Source: Eledone cirrhosa
Taxonomy: Eukaryota
Reading direction: 5' to 3'
Assembly (NCBI GenBank): GCA_964016885.1
Contig: OZ024744.1
Coordinates: 60,202,001 to 60,266,000, forward strand
Length of the DNA: 64,000 nt
The position numbers were made by a program, and so were the translations under genes. Below, piece after piece: positions 13,125 to 27,539 of the stretch (position 1 is its first letter; each line of letters begins with the position of its first letter). The notes beneath the pieces are model-generated. The model did not search any database, was not told the origin of the DNA, and saw only the letters and a list, made by a program, of their open reading frames with translations.

Positions 13125-15090
13125 CTCTGAACGCAATTGTAGCACTCCCTAATAGGTTTATCCATGGCGCCCTGGACCCTCATACCTGAGGCCTCTTTTT
13201 TTCTGCCAGCCTGACTGTGGGCAATATCTACTGGAGGCTGGCTGCTAAGGTGGTCTGCAGGTCCATCACACCTGAACTGGGTGAGGAGCTAAGTCCGATG
13301 CAACTGGGTATCGGCGTGTCTGGTGGCAGTTCTTCAATAGCTGCCCACCGGAATTTGATCCAGGATCTCCAGGCAAGCTTGACATGAGGAATGCCTTCAA
13401 CTGCATACACCGTGACCATCTGCTTGATGCCTGCCTCAGCCGAGTCCCCTCTGCCTACACGCTGGCCTACCTGTCATATGGAACTCCGAGCATGTTGCTT
13501 GCTACTGATATGGTTATACCTTCAGCCACTGGGATCCAAAAGGGTGACTCTTTGGGCCCCCTCCTGTTTGCTCGGAGTATCATGGCCGTTCTCAACGTTT
13601 GGTATCTGGATGATGCTGCATTGGACAGGCCTGTAGAGACTGTCTGCAACAACCTACAATCAGTGGTTCCTGCTGTGCCAAGTTGGAGGTGGTGAATGTC
13701 AACCATGATGCTGAGAGCTCTTTACAGCCTCTGTCTCAGACATACAGTCAATTCTCCTTCAGGTACAGGTGACCACTAAAGAGGATGTCCTCATCCTTGG
13801 GTCACTGATCCACCTGCCGGCCATCCGTTCCACCATCAAGTCTCAGCTCCAGCAGTTCAAGACCCTTCAGGCCAACTGGACATGATTGATGATTACCCAG
13901 CCTTCTTCCTATTGAGGAACTGCTGTGCCATGCCAAAGTTCCACTATACTCTTCATAGCACTCCTTGCTACAGTCATGTATCTCTCCTTGCTGACCTTGA
14001 CACTTGTATCTGAGCGGCAGCTGAGGAGACATGCAGTATCAGGTTTGACAACATTGGATGGCAACAGGCCAACTTACCTGTTAGATATCGTGGCTTTGGC
14101 CTCCGGTCCCCAATCTTGCTGGCTTTGCCGGCGTTTCTTTCGTCGATAACCTCGTGCGCCATCCTTGTCAAAAAGGTTCCCCTAAACACAATGGAACCCA
14201 CTGTGATCGAGGAACATGAGGCCAACTGTGAGACATGGAACTGGTATGGACTTAGCCCAGTAGACGTCCCTCCTTTTTCTCTTCCTGCTGACGTCAAGTC
14301 CCCCCCCCCCCCCGAGTATTTGGGATACCATCCAGTGTACAACCTGGCCTCAGACAGGCTAGCACACCAGCTCTACCAGTATCGCCTTGCATGTTTTCAT
14401 GCAGCCTCGCAACCTCACAGCAGAGCCTAGTTCCATGCCTTACACACCTTCTCTACTGGTGGCACGCAACTGGACAATGATACCCTACACATCAGGGTTT
14501 CCCTGAGGCTTGGACTCCAGATCTGCAAGCCACACAAATGTCGCTGCTCATCCACCGTGGACTCTTTCGGCCTCCACCTGTTTTACTGTCGCTACAGTGC
14601 TGGCTGCCTTCCATGCCATGCTGCTCTCAACGAGGTCATAAAGCATGGCTTGGATGCTGCAGGCTTCTCCTCCCAGCTCGAGCCAGTGGGGCTGCACCAA
14701 GGGGATGGCAAAAGGCCAGACAGCATGACCATCTTCCCTTCCGCGGTGGTAAACCCCTCATCTGGGATACCACATGCAGCAACACTTTCTCCAACGGCAA
14801 CCTGGTGCAGTCTGCGACTAACCCAGGTTCTGCTGCACTTTGGGCTGAGGAGGGTAAACTCTCCAAGTATCGGTCGCTCTCCGACAGCTTTGCAATTGAG
14901 CTCCAAGCAGCAGAGACTCTAGTGTCCTTGGCCCTAGGGCTACCTCCCTACTCACCACCATAAGTGCTGAGCTGACTAGCTGCTGCTGTGTGCCTCGCAA
15001 GATGGAATGGCTCTTCCAGCACATCTCCCTTACCATCCTCCAGGGAAACGCCTTCTCCATTCTGTCTGCCGGGACCATGGGGCGGCCAGC
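13125..15090 (+). mobile_element. CRE-like non-LTR retrotransposon (RT plus restriction-like endonuclease), degraded
   Basis: KLDMRNAFN, GIQKGD.LGPLLF, WYLDD, CRC..VDSFGLH..C, HAALNEVI, GKRPD, WDTTC; paralog of 46198-48570. Confidence 0.88.
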
Positions 15091-15368
15091 ACGTGGGACG
15101 ACATTTGCTTATAATAGAGAGAGAAGGGAGGGATGAGAGAGATGGAGGCAATGATAGTGGGAGTTCGGCTTTTCTGTGTTCGGACATGGTGTACAGCATC
15201 AGTTATCCATAAGGAGGTAGTGATTCATCTACTTTTATAGAATAGATATCGCCTTATTTTTGCCATGAAAAATTACGTTGCATTCTTCTTATTTGAGGTA
15301 TTTAGCATTCCTTCATAAGTGATGAGTATTTCAACCTGGAGAAAAAATTGCACACATGATCCTCATAA

Positions 15369-15400
<32 letters not shown>

Positions 15401-15403
15401 ATA

Positions 15404-16275
15404 TCTAATATATATTTGTGAAATGGGCGGTGGTTGAAATTCAGTTGTGCACGGTTAAATGGTAGTAGACGTGGTCGGACGGACATGAAGATTTACACAC
15501 CTATGTAAAAAGTGCCAAGGAAGCAAATAGACAAGGTTTCAAATCCCTAACATGAAAAATGTGGTCCCTAGAGCCCCCAAACGGGCTATTTACTATCGCT
15601 TCTGGTGAGTTATTTCCCCCTGTTCTAATACTTGGATGAGTTATTTTCCGTAGTCGCTTTCAATATTCATTGTCTTATTTACAATTTCATACACATTTTT
15701 AAACTCATCAATTTTTTCATAACATATCAAACACAACATTCTTTCGCTGTTAACATACAATACCGTTTTATGAAATCGATTCTGCAGTACCATTTTACGA
15801 AAACTGTCACTGTTTTCCATCAAAAGAAATAAAACCCTTAAATTGCAAAGAAGGGACGCGTGTTTTTATTTTAATTCTAATACATGTTAACCACCACTAA
15901 CAGTAAGTAACCGTTTTATGAAATCGATTCTTCAGTACCATTTTACGAAAACGGTCACTGTTTTCCATCAAAAGAAATAAAACCCTTAAATTGCGAAGAA
16001 GGGACGCGTGTTTTTATTTTAATTCCAATACATGTTAACCATCACTAACAGTAAGTAGTATTTTTCAAATTGCATATCATCGACATTGCTATTTCGCTGT
16101 TAATAAACAACGCTTTTCACGTCACTCCACTTCTTATTGTACGCTGTCCAGCCCCAAGTGCATATTTCTATTTTTTTTCCTGAAACTGCTTCTTTATAAT
16201 AAACTTTCAATAATATTTTTCAAATTATTAACTTAATAAAAAGTGGCCCCGGGTGCAACCGGGCTCAGCTGCTAG
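15404..16275 (+). mobile_element. Non-autonomous Helitron, deletion derivative of the 53195-56541 family
   Basis: A|TCTAATA start; hairpin CCCGGGTGCAACCGGG plus CTAG|T; both ends match 53195-56541; internal 148-bp tandem duplication 15762-15909/15910-16057. Confidence 0.92.
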
Positions 16276-16779
16276 TATATATATATTTTTTGGGGGGCGG
16301 GGGGGAATGTAGCGGTCGGAAAAACTGTGATGTAGACATTTAAAAATATATTTCCTGTCTGTATCTATTTAGAATTAGAAGCTAGAATTAAGAATTTTGC
16401 CAAGGTTGGCTAAGCATGTCTGTCTTCCGAAGTCAACATTTCCCACCCACCCCCACACACCACCATAGTTATTGGGCCAATCAAAACTCAGCAGTTTTAT
16501 AATAAGGCTTCTAATGCTAATCTCTCTCACAAGGCCGATACTTCTTAAGATTCAACGTAGGTGTTCACTACGACAAATTGATTATGGAGTTGGGGAATGT
16601 TACCACTCACTACGATAAAGATGAATTCACCTCCCGTTTCAGGATGAGCATGCAAACGCTCCTCATCATATCAAATACGGCAGCCCAAGACCAACATAAT
16701 TCCGTCCCCTACACCCCCTGCTGTGCTGCATTCCATCCCTTCCTCCCCCCAGCAAAATCCAAAATTTCAGAATTGGTAC

Positions 16780-19700
16780 CATGAGTGTAGGCACATTGAA
16801 AGGTCGCTCAAACGAGGTTGTAGAGATGCTTGAACATAAGGAAGTCGATGTCTGTTGTGTTCAACAGACCAGGTGGAGGGGTGGGTCTGTTAGATTCATT
16901 GTGGGCAGGAAACAATGCTATAACCTTTTCTGGATGGGATGTGATAGCAGGTTGGGTGGTGCTGGAATTATGTTAACAGAAAAATGTGTAGACAAGTTAA
17001 TTGCCATAGATAGAGTGAATGATAGGATCATTAAAATAAGATTAGTACTAAATAGGACAACTGTATCTATTATATCTGCTTATGCACCCCAATCAGGATT
17101 ACCAGACGTTACTAAAGACAGGTTCTATGAGTCTCTAATGCTCACTACCTCCCAGATACCCACAGTGACTATATAATTATTGCTGGCGACCTTAATGGTC
17201 ATGTTGGACAACATTGTGATGGCTATGATGGAGTCAATGAAGATTATGGGTTTGTTACTTGAAATGAGGAAGGCTTCAGGATCCTGGAATTCTGTGATGC
17301 AAATGACCTGACTGTCTGTAACACAAACTTCAAAAAACGTGAGTCATTTGATCCCGTATAGATGAGGGGAGCACACCAGCCAGATAGACTTTATCCTTAC
17401 TAGGGAACGAGACAAAGTGCCTGTGTTGAACAGCGAAGAATGCGCCTCCCAACACAATTTAATAGTTAGTGACCTCATACTCAGGGCCAGATGTAATTGC
17501 CAGCAGAAGAACGCCTTAAGGAGAAGATTATGGAAGTTGAAGCGCCCAGCAGCAAGTAACAAATTCAAAGGCATATTACTCGATGCTTTTGATAGTAAGG
17601 AAGAGCAATTAGAGACATACAATATAGAGGAATAGTGGGATTCCTGAAAGTTAACCTGTTGAAGGCGACTGATGAAATCTGTGGCTGGAGCAGACCATTA
17701 GGCAGGAGGAGTGTGACATGGTAGTGGAACAGTAAGGTGGAGGAGTCAATCAAGGGCAAAAAGCAGGCTTGGAAAGAATGGCAGGATGGGTGTAGTAGAG
17801 AACTCTAGCTAGGAGAGAAGCTAGACAACAAGTATACCTTGCAAAGAGGGAAGCAGAGGATAGTAAGTTGAAGCATATTCTACAACGCGAGGTCCAAAGA
17901 CGTGAGGTGTTCAGGATTGTGAGGCAATGTCTCAAGGAGGATTGTGATATTGTCGGGGAGACGTGTATCTGTAATGACAATGTTATACTTGCCCTCACTG
18001 ATAGTGATAAAAAGGTAGCTTGGAAGTGTCACTATGAGAGAGTACTGAATGTGGAGAATGAATGTAGTAAAGATAGTCTACCCCACATCAATACAATAAA
18101 AGGACCAGCTGTGCAAGTTAATGGTTATGTAGTAAGTAAGGTAATCAAAAATATGAAGACAGGCAAGGCAGCTGGGCCTTCGGGGAGGTAGTTGCTGAAA
18201 TGTTGAAGGTATCTGGAATGGTGGGGCATACTATGGTCTCCCGGATAGTAAACCAAGTAATACAGAATGGGGTCATACCAAATGACTGGCATAGCAGCAG
18301 CATTGTCAACTGTTAAAGGAGACGCCCTGGATAGAAGAAACTATGGGGGTATTAAATCAAAGTCACAGAAAGAGTTATTACTCAACTGATTAGAGACCAA
18401 ATTGATCTAGAAGAAATGCAGTTTGGGTTTGTGCCAGGTAAAAGTACCACGGATTCTCTTTTCCTTGTATGGCAATTACAGAAGTACCTAGCTAACAGTA
18501 AACCCCTCTACTTAGCTTTTGTTGACATGGAGAAGGCCTTTGACAGAGTCCCATGCACCTTACTCTAGTGGGCTCTTAGAAAACTAGGAGTGGAAGAATG
18601 GCTCTTGAGAGCTGTACAAGCCATGTATAGAGGAACAGTCAACAAGGTTAGAATTAACGAAGAATATAGTGATGAATTTAGCGTAATGGTAGGGGTTCAC
18701 CAGGGTTCCGTTCTTAGCCCCCTCCTGTTTATTATTGTCCTACAGGCTATAACAGAGGGGTTTAAGACTGGCTGCCTATGGGAACTTCTATATGCAGATG
18801 ATCTAACTCTCATGGCTGAATCTATGGCTGAACTAGAGAGGAAGTTCCAAACATGGAAGCATGGCCTTGAATCAAAAGGCCTTAGAGTCAACTTGTCTAA
18901 GACTAAGGTTCTAGTATGTAGAAAGGAGTATAGGGCACAGGTACCCTCTGGTAAATGGCCATGCTCAGTGTGTAAGAAAGGAGTAGGTAGAAACTCCTTC
19001 TATGTCCCAAATGCAAACTACGGGTACATACAAGATGTAGTGGGATCAGAGGTAAGCTATCTAAGAACGTAGATTTTATATGTGGCCGATGCTCAGGTGC
19101 AGTAAGTAGCAAGGATCCACTGGATGATATCTCCTTCAACTGCCCAGATGGTTCTATAGAAATAGTAGACACCTTCCGTTACCTGGGTGACAAAATCATC
19201 AGTGGAGGAGGGTGCTCTGAAACTAGTAGCCAGAGTTAGAACAGGATGGAAAAAGTTCAGAGAGCTAATACCGCTGTTGACCACAAGGGTTTTTCTCTAA
19301 AAATGAAAGGCAAATTGTATGATGCTTGTATACGAGTGGCGATATTACATGGTAGTGAGACCTGGGCATTGTGTGCTGAAGACTTGTGTAGATTAGAAAG
19401 AAATGAAGCTTGCATGCTCCGATGGATGTGTAATAGTAATGTGTGCAAATGGCAAAGCATAAACAAATTGAGAGAGAGACTAAGCATAAGAGGTAAGAGG
19501 TATCAAATGTTGTGTTCTGAGAGGAGATTGCGTTGGTATGGACATGTGATGCGTATGAAGGATGACAGCTGTATAAAAAAGTGCAGGGCAATGAAAATTG
19601 ATGGAAGCTACGGAGTGGGTAGACCAAGAAAAACCTGGGACAAGGTGATAAAAATGACCTTGCTCACTTACACCTCTCTAAGACAATGACACTGGATTGA

Positions 19701-20040
19701 GATCTTTGGCACTATGCAGTTGTACAGAAGACCCGACTACAATTGCATACAAACCTACAGTCAGTAGGCACCTCTTAACCCAATGTACATCTCCACACAC
19801 CCTACCCCATCCTCCCTTTCCCACTCCGTCCACTGTGTCGGTGACACAACAGTCCACACTAAGGTGGCCATGTAGGAGACATGGTAAAAAGGTTCCCAGT
19901 CCACACTGTAAATGTGACTGGTCTTAGGAAGGGCATCCAGCTGTAAAAAAACCTGCCAGAGACACTTCCGTACAAGTGAGACATGGTCTCCTGACCATTC
20001 CCACATCAAATAGAATGATGATGATGATGATGATGATGAT
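16780..20040 (+). mobile_element. RTE-clade LINE, near full-length but disrupted, with (GAT)n tail
   Basis: APE (VDVCCVQ.TRWRG, SAYAPQ, GDLNGHVG), RT (FVDMEKAFDRV, GVHQGSVLSPLLF, YADDL, FRYLG), RRLRWYGHVMR, GRPRKTW; (GAT)n at 20017-20040. Confidence 0.93.
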
Positions 20041-20539
20041 ATTTACAATGCTTCTGAAACATTTTACCCACAAAATTACATCATTCCAACATGCCAACTA
20101 CCCACTCTAACGAACATCTGATCCTTGGCCTGAGTCAAAATGACTAATGCTAATAGCATGAAAATCCCTTAATAGCTGTGAATAGTCATCCAGTTTGATA
20201 TGTCTAATACTAGCAGCAGGCACATTCTTTACTAGGTTTGAGTGGTCATCTAGCAGACAAATAACCAAAGAAATGTCACAAATCAACTACACACACACCT
20301 TTTACTCCCTTACCTTGAAATCTGCATTCCTCACTACACATACACCTACGCACACACATACATATACCATACACATACTCACATTATACTTTAATGCTTT
20401 TGCTTTTTTCATTCATTCATTCATTCAAATTAAATCTGTGTTTCTCACTACACATACACATGCACACATGCACATGCACAAAACATTAAGCTTTAACGTT
20501 TCTTTTCATCCATTCTAATTAAATCTACCAGCCATCAAC

Positions 20540-22900
20540 AAATCTTCTAAGATTGCTCTCTAATCCATGAATTCCCTTGATAATGGATGGTAAATCAGAA
20601 AGTATATGAGATCCATAAAATTGTTAAGGTAAAATTCTACCGTTCTCATTCTTTTCTCAGTCCTTTTATACTATTTTCTCTAATTCCTAATATCTTGGCA
20701 CTTATAATCTCATGCGTTTTGTTGGGCTTCCAAATATTTACATTTATTTAAATTTATTTCCCAGTTAAATTTGTATTTCATATTTCACAATGCTTCAAGC
20801 AAACTACAATATTTTGTTATATATATATATACCTGTACGAAGCAGGAAGACTTAAAATACTCATGCAAAAAACAGATTCATTCCTTAAAAGAATGTGTTG
20901 GTGTGCCTTCTATTTTGACAACCAGGATAAAGCTGATAGAAACCAGAATAAGTTTGGTTTTAAAACATACAATAACCCTCCTAGCAACCCAGCTTTGTTA
21001 CTTTTCAAAAATGATGTACAAACTCATATGGCATATCAAATTTCAAAACAGAAGCAACTCCTTCCAACAAGATTTGAAGAATAGAACCTGACTGATAAGG
21101 GATTCTAATACTGTGCATGTTCATTCTGATAAAACAGGTAATCTATACCAAGTCGAGAGGAGTACTTACCACCAACTGCTACATAACGCTGTGACCAAAG
21201 ATTACTGGAAAACCGATTGGAGTATTATTAACGACATCAACAACACTGGTTTAAAAATCACTTCGGAACTTAATATCCAAAACCGGACTGAACCTCTGGA
21301 CCCATTTTCTCATCATTTTACTCTGAAGGACCATAAACCAAATTTTATTAACAACCCATCTATTCAGTTTATTAACCCAACTTAGTATGATTTTGGTATA
21401 CTTAGTAAAAGAATTTTAGATAGGATTATACCAAAAATTAGAGATATGGCCCTTCTAGCCCTGTGGAATAATTATTTTGCAGTGATAGATTGGTTCAATA
21501 GCATATGTAACAAGGAACATTGCCGTTTTATCCAGTTTAACATCAACAGCTACTACTCTTCCATTACCATACCACTTCTTCTTAGAGCTATTAATTTTGC
21601 CAAAACACTCATGGATGTTAAGGATTTCGAAGTTGATGTCATTTTAAATGCTCAAAAGTGCATGATAAATTTCTCTATCTGGCTTTAAAATATCAATCAA
21701 AATGATTCGGCAGAGGTCATAGACCTTATTGGTCTATTTTTACTATTTTCCATCAAGGAGGAATTCCCTAATATAGGCTGGGGTCTGTACTGTGATGATG
21801 GTCTTTTGACTATGACTAAGTGCGAACACCACCCTATCAATAGGTTTAGAAAGGAGCTTATTGCTTTCTTTAAAGGTCAACCTTTCCATTCAAGTTGAGA
21901 CCAACCTATCTGTGGTGAATTTCCTAGACATAACACTCAATGGCTTGCACTATCCATATAGAAAGCCTAATAATATGTTAAATTACATTAGTAAGCATTC
22001 TAACCATCCAGCCAGCATAACCAAAAACCTGGTCAAAAACGTTTCATTGAGGCTTTTTCGTCTATCAGCTAATAAGCATATCTTGATCGATCCTTTCACA
22101 TATTACAATGAAGCTCTAGCTTGGAGCGGATTTGTTGATAAGATAGAATATACTAAGTACAAGCAAAAACCTAGGAAAAATAGATCCCGACACATTATAT
22201 AACCCACCATATAATATGGAAGTGACCACACCAATAGCAAAAATGTTTCTCACTTTAATTAAGAAGCATTTCCCCTTAACACACAAATATGATAAAATAT
22301 TTAATAGAAACACAGTTAAAATATCCTATTCAACAACTCCCAACCTCGCACATAACATCATTGCATCTAATTTAGTGAAATTACCTAGCCGTAGTCAAAT
22401 AAACAATCTAGTAGTTAGTTCTAGCTGTAATTGTAGGAATAGGGACTACTGCCCTCTAGCCGAGAAATGCCTATCTAACAACATAGTTTACAAATGTAAG
22501 GTTGACACACCTACATTTAATAAGGCTTATATAGGGTTAACTGCCAATAGATTTAAGCAGCGTCTGTACATGCACACCAATGCATTTCATAGCCCTTTAA
22601 GAAAGAACATGACTTCCCTTTCGGCCTATATTTGGAGTCTAAAAGACAATCACACCCTATATAGGTTACACTGGGAGATCTTAGCTAAAGCTAGATCACA
22701 TAATAGAAATAAAAGACTGTGTGATCTTTGTGCCACCAAAGCCCTGGAAATACTCTATGCCAACAATTGAATCTTAAACAACAAATCTGAAACAATTTTG
22801 GTTTGTAAGCACAAATTGTATAAAACTTTGTGTTACAGCCCAACATTATATCATATCGGATAGTATGGACAATATGCTGATAATATATGTCATGATGTAG
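20540..22900 (+). mobile_element. Penelope-like element, long disrupted copy with upstream pLTR-like segment
   Basis: SDKTGNLY, TLKDHKPNF, GLY.DDGL, VNFLDITL, YI..HSNHP, NIVYKC..AYIGLTANRFKQRL; 20540-20830 is homologous to 51940-52170. Confidence 0.9.
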
Positions 22901-23034
22901 TAACTAAGAACAAAATTCTATCTTTATACCATTATCTATCTTTATGGATAGATATGTAACAGCTCGACAGTGAGTGATTGTTCAATTTTCTACTAGAAAA
23001 TTTGTGAATTGTAAATTTTAATTTACATTGCTCT

Positions 23035-23080
23035 TTAGATAAACCAACCACCTCAAACTTTAGGTGGTTGGTTTCTCTAA
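23035..23080. repeat. Hairpin with a perfect 13-bp stem
   Basis: AAACCAACCACCT / AGGTGGTTGGTTT with an 8-nt loop, extendable with one mismatch. Confidence 0.8.
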
Positions 23081-23199
23081 GTTTCAAGTCCTTAGGGGCA
23101 AAAATTTGCCTTTAAAATATTGTAAAATCTAAAATTTTATCTGTAGAAACTTATCAAACCTTGGCTGAACAAACGCCATTTTGTCCAGAACTAGAGAAC

Positions 23200-26160
23200 A
23201 CTAGTGGAAGGAGGAATGTAAATGAAGGCGCTGTGCAATTGTTGCCAAGGAGCTGGAATTTATCAAAGTTGATATCTCCAACAAAGTCCAATATCTAAAG
23301 AATGCTGCGCAATATATAACATTCGAAGGAAATGGAATTCGTATCAACACCCCCACCAGAAATAAGGGCTGCGACCCTAAAGAAAACTCGTTTTTATAGA
23401 ACTGTTTGTATAAAATCGAGAAAACCTGTTTCTTTGCCTCAGCATACATAGAAGGTATATTAAAGGAGGCAATGCCAGACATTTCCTACTTTCAGAGGGC
23501 CAAGCAGTATGGGAGCATCTTGGTGCTTTTCAAAAGTGAGGCCCTTGCTCAAAAATATTTGGTGGCTCCAATTAAGATGAGCCAATACATCTTTTCCCCT
23601 ACATACATGGGAAGAAGAATACACAAGATAAGGGTGTCCCAGATCCCACCGAACACCAACATTTGATGGATCCTGGGTGGCCTTTTGGAGGAGGGTGAAG
23701 ACACCCTCCTCTCTGTAAAGAAATCAACCAAGTAAAACTGCAATGGGACCTTGGTGGAACTCCTGGTTCAAATGAAACCAGAAAGAATTTCGAAAATACC
23801 TGAAAGAGTACCTGTTGATAATAGCCATGTTATCAACATCACAGTGGAGGGCAGAAACCACAGTGTTTTTGATGTGGAAAGGATACCCATATAAAAGCAT
23901 TCTGCCCAATGCTAAGGATACCCATATAAAAGCATTCTGCCCAATGCTAAGGATACCCATATAAAAGCATTCTGCCCAATGCTAAGGATACCCATATAAA
24001 AGCATTCTGCCCAATGCTAAGGATACCCATATAAAAGCATTCTGCCCAATGCTAAGGATACCCATATAAAAGCATTCTGCCCAATGCTAAAGACACAAAA
24101 ACAGAACAAGGTGTTGCTACTAACACCCAAACCTCAACAGCAACACCCAAAAACAAAGAACACAACCCAAAAAACAATAAAAACCATCAACATCCACTCC
24201 ACCATCACAAACCCAAAAAAACACCACACCAAAAATTCCCCTGAAAGACTCTATCTTACCCCTTCCCCCTCTGTCTAACACTCCCACAAACATTCCACCA
24301 CCACACAATATACTCCTCCCACATACTCCTGATGATAACACCTCAGATACAACAACCACCTCATCCCCGAGCGAGGGTGAAGAGGAGCCCCCCCCCCCCC
24401 CCAAGCAGTAGAACGCGCCTTTTTCAAAACTAGTAAAGAGTTGCAGCCTGGACGTTGATAAGGGCAACAGCTCGTAACTCGCATTCCCACTGCTTTGATT
24501 TTTCTTTCCAACATGGAGAGTAGTTAGATAGACAGCCTTTCAATGATTTACCGTTTATCTGTCAACTTATTTTACCAAATATTCCAATCGCTTACGGATG
24601 AAACATTATTATCATTCCTACAATCAGCTTTGGAAATTTTACTAACTTTAATAGTGACAGTGATTAAGGATAAATTAGTGCCGGTCTCATTACATTTTGA
24701 GCCTACCTAAAAACATTTATTTCACTGACATCTTCACAAAGAAAACTTTGCTGCATACACTTTGTACATATTGTTCAAACAAATTAAAAATAAATTATTT
24801 TTGTATAAAAACTAAATTACACCTTCTGATATATTTTTTAACCATTGGAACACTTCTTCAACATCTCCATCTTCCTAAAGTAGCAATCTTGCTAAAGTGA
24901 TAATTCTTACTAAAGACCCCACCATCCAGACACAAAGAAAAACCTTCACCTCCAGGAATCAAACATCACACCTAAAACTCATACGAAATAAACCACAAAC
25001 GTACATTTTCCTAAAAGAAAATTTTCCACATGACGTGGGAACCTCATGCCAAAAACCCCTCGAGTTATTAAAATGTGTGCTACCATACCAAACACCACCA
25101 TCACCAACATAGAGATTGAACAACCCGACCTCCAGGAAACAAAAAGGTAAGTGTTCCTTTTTCTCTTCTTCACCAGCATGGTGACTGTACAACTTAAATG
25201 TTTAAATGTGCATGGCCTGGGGGTGTCCTGGAAACAGGGCCAACTCCTAAATGACCTCAGGTCACACTGTATAGATGTGATAGCCATCAGTGAGCCCACG
25301 ATCCATGACAAGCAGCAGCTAACCCCCATGTTCAATGACTTTGAGATCTATGCATCCCCTTGTCAGCCAGGAGGTAAAGGAGGAGTTGCTGTGCTGTTTC
25401 GGAAAAACCTGTATCTCGAAATACAGACAATCTTCTTGAACCCAGGGGCCAAGTTGGTGGTCCTAGATGTAAACAGCAGCAAAAGTGGAGCTTTCAGACT
25501 GGTGACCGTCTATGTCCTGACTGAGACAATGTGGCAAGAGTTCTTTAGATGTCTGGAAGGCTTTCCTGGGAACATCTTGCTTTTTATTGTTAGCGAGGGA
25601 TTGGAATGGCATCTTGGACGCACGTCCCAATGTGTAGGGGCATGTGATAGTAGAGGAGGGTGTAAGAGCTTCAAAAATCTAATCAGCCAATTCCAATTTC
25701 CTGATAGATATAAACTAGATTTCCCAAATGCACCACTGGGTCTTCTAGTTCGTACTTAGATAGGTTCTTAATTAGATCTATAGATAAGAACATAATTAGC
25801 TACCCACAAACTCAAATGTCATCTATTCAGTCCATAAGTTATTGACCTGCATAATCGACCTAGACAGTACTTACAAACCGGGACCTGGATACTGAGCATC
25901 TTTGCCAACACATAAAGCCTATAGCAATTTAGTTTGACGCCAGTTGACAGGGGTGATTGTCAACAACAGGTGGAGGTGTTCTCTCGAAAGAGCAATTAGA
26001 GTAGAAGCAGTTGTATTCAGTAAAGAAATAGCTTTAGAAAGAAATAAAATAGAGAGGGAATTAGTAGCCAATGTAGAAAAACTCTTAAGAGCAATAGTGC
26101 GAGAACAGCACTAGACCAGTTCGTCAATGTGAAACACAAAGGTTGCACTGTTAGAAGTAA
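23200..26160 (+). mobile_element. Tx1/L1-like LINE 5' half (ORF1 with CCHC knuckle, ORF2 APE), degraded
   Basis: CF*CGKDTHIKAFCP knuckle; LKCLNVHGL..LRSHCIDVIAISE, GGVAVLF, LVTVY at 25188-25760. Confidence 0.75.
23881..24090 (+). repeat. Perfect tandem repeat, 6 x 35 bp
   Basis: GGATACCCATATAAAAGCATTCTGCCCAATGCTAA at 23881, 23916, 23951, 23986, 24021 and 24056. Confidence 0.97.
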
Positions 26161-26279
26161 AACGCCACTGCCTCTCCTCACTCCACCACTGAATCTGCAC
26201 TCACCTTGCCCAACCACCACAACCCCTCTGCCTCCCCCACTTTCACTCCCTCATGTCCCTCCACTGTAGTCACCATACC

Positions 26280-27370
26280 CTAGGATCTACCACTCTCCAA
26301 AGCTGAGTGTTCCCTCCTCGCCAGGGTTTTCATTTTATACCTACCACATCAACCTGCGACAAGTTCCGCACATGTGCCGAGATTGAAGGGTTCTTCCGTT
26401 GGCTAAAGCTCAAAACTTTTTTCCACAACACCCCATTATTGACACGGATGGACGACTTTACTAGTCTTAGTCGCCAGCAATCACACTGGATACCAAGCTC
26501 TGGTCAGTTCAACACTCGACTCTTTTGTGGACACATGCCAATATACTGTCAACCACTTCTGTTTCCACCAACATTCTCATTGCACTAACCTCACTTGGGC
26601 CAAGCTCTCCGCTCTTCACAGCCTACAGCGTTGTGATGACATTGCCATCAAACCCGCCGACAGAGGTGGTGCTGTGGTGGTATGGTACGTAGACCTTTAT
26701 AAGACAGAGGCTCTCTGACAACTTCATGACATCCAATTTTACCTCCCTTTATCCTCTGACCCCCACCCCAGGTTATCAACAATTCATGTCTTCCACTATT
26801 CACCAGCTCATCTCCTCCTCTCTCCTACACAGCCACCAACCTTATAGTATTCATCCCTCATGCACCCACCATCTACTTCCTCCCCAAAATACATAAACAA
26901 AATAATCCCGGACGCCCTATCTTTTCTGCCTGCAATAACCCACTGAAATCATCTGACAATACCTGGATACCCTCCTCACGCCATTAGTCATCGACCTCCC
27001 CTCACACATTCATGACACTAATCATGTCCTTATACTTTTTAACTCCTTCTCCTTCCCTCCTGGCCCTTCTCTTCAACCTGGACATCACCTCTCTCTATAC
27101 CATCATCCCTCAGGATGACAGTCTCCACACTCAACACTTTTTGGACCTACGCTTTACCTCTTACCCCACCACTACCATTCTTCTCTGAATGGGTATTCCT
27201 TTTCTGGTGAGTTTTACCAGCAGGTCTCACGGGGTAACAACTTGTTTGTTGGCTACATGAGAGAAACTCTGATCCAATACATGGGAGAAACTCTGATCAC
27301 ATGTTTGTTTTGTCTTGGACTGCTTCAGCTTCGCATCTTAAAAGAGGGTAATAGCCCTGAAATATCATGC
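26280..27370 (+). mobile_element. Penelope-like RT fragment
   Basis: GFHFIPT, DDIAIKPADRGGAVVVW, IYFLPKIHKQNNPGRPI, DITSLYTIIP. Confidence 0.85.
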
Positions 27371-27539
27371 TAAAATACATTGGGTAAACATTACTTTCTT
27401 TTGTTTTGTTTCATTTATCATCATTTGCTCTTCGTATTTTTCTACAGCATTGTACCGGCTTTTACAAAAAATTCCTTGGTCTTTTATTCCACACACATAC
27501 ATATATATATGTACAGGGCTGGTTGTGGAAGAAACAACA

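Noticed and set aside
23881-24090. CRISPR-like array of 35-bp repeats
   Set aside because: The repeats are head-to-tail with no spacers, there are no cas genes, and the context is a eukaryotic LINE
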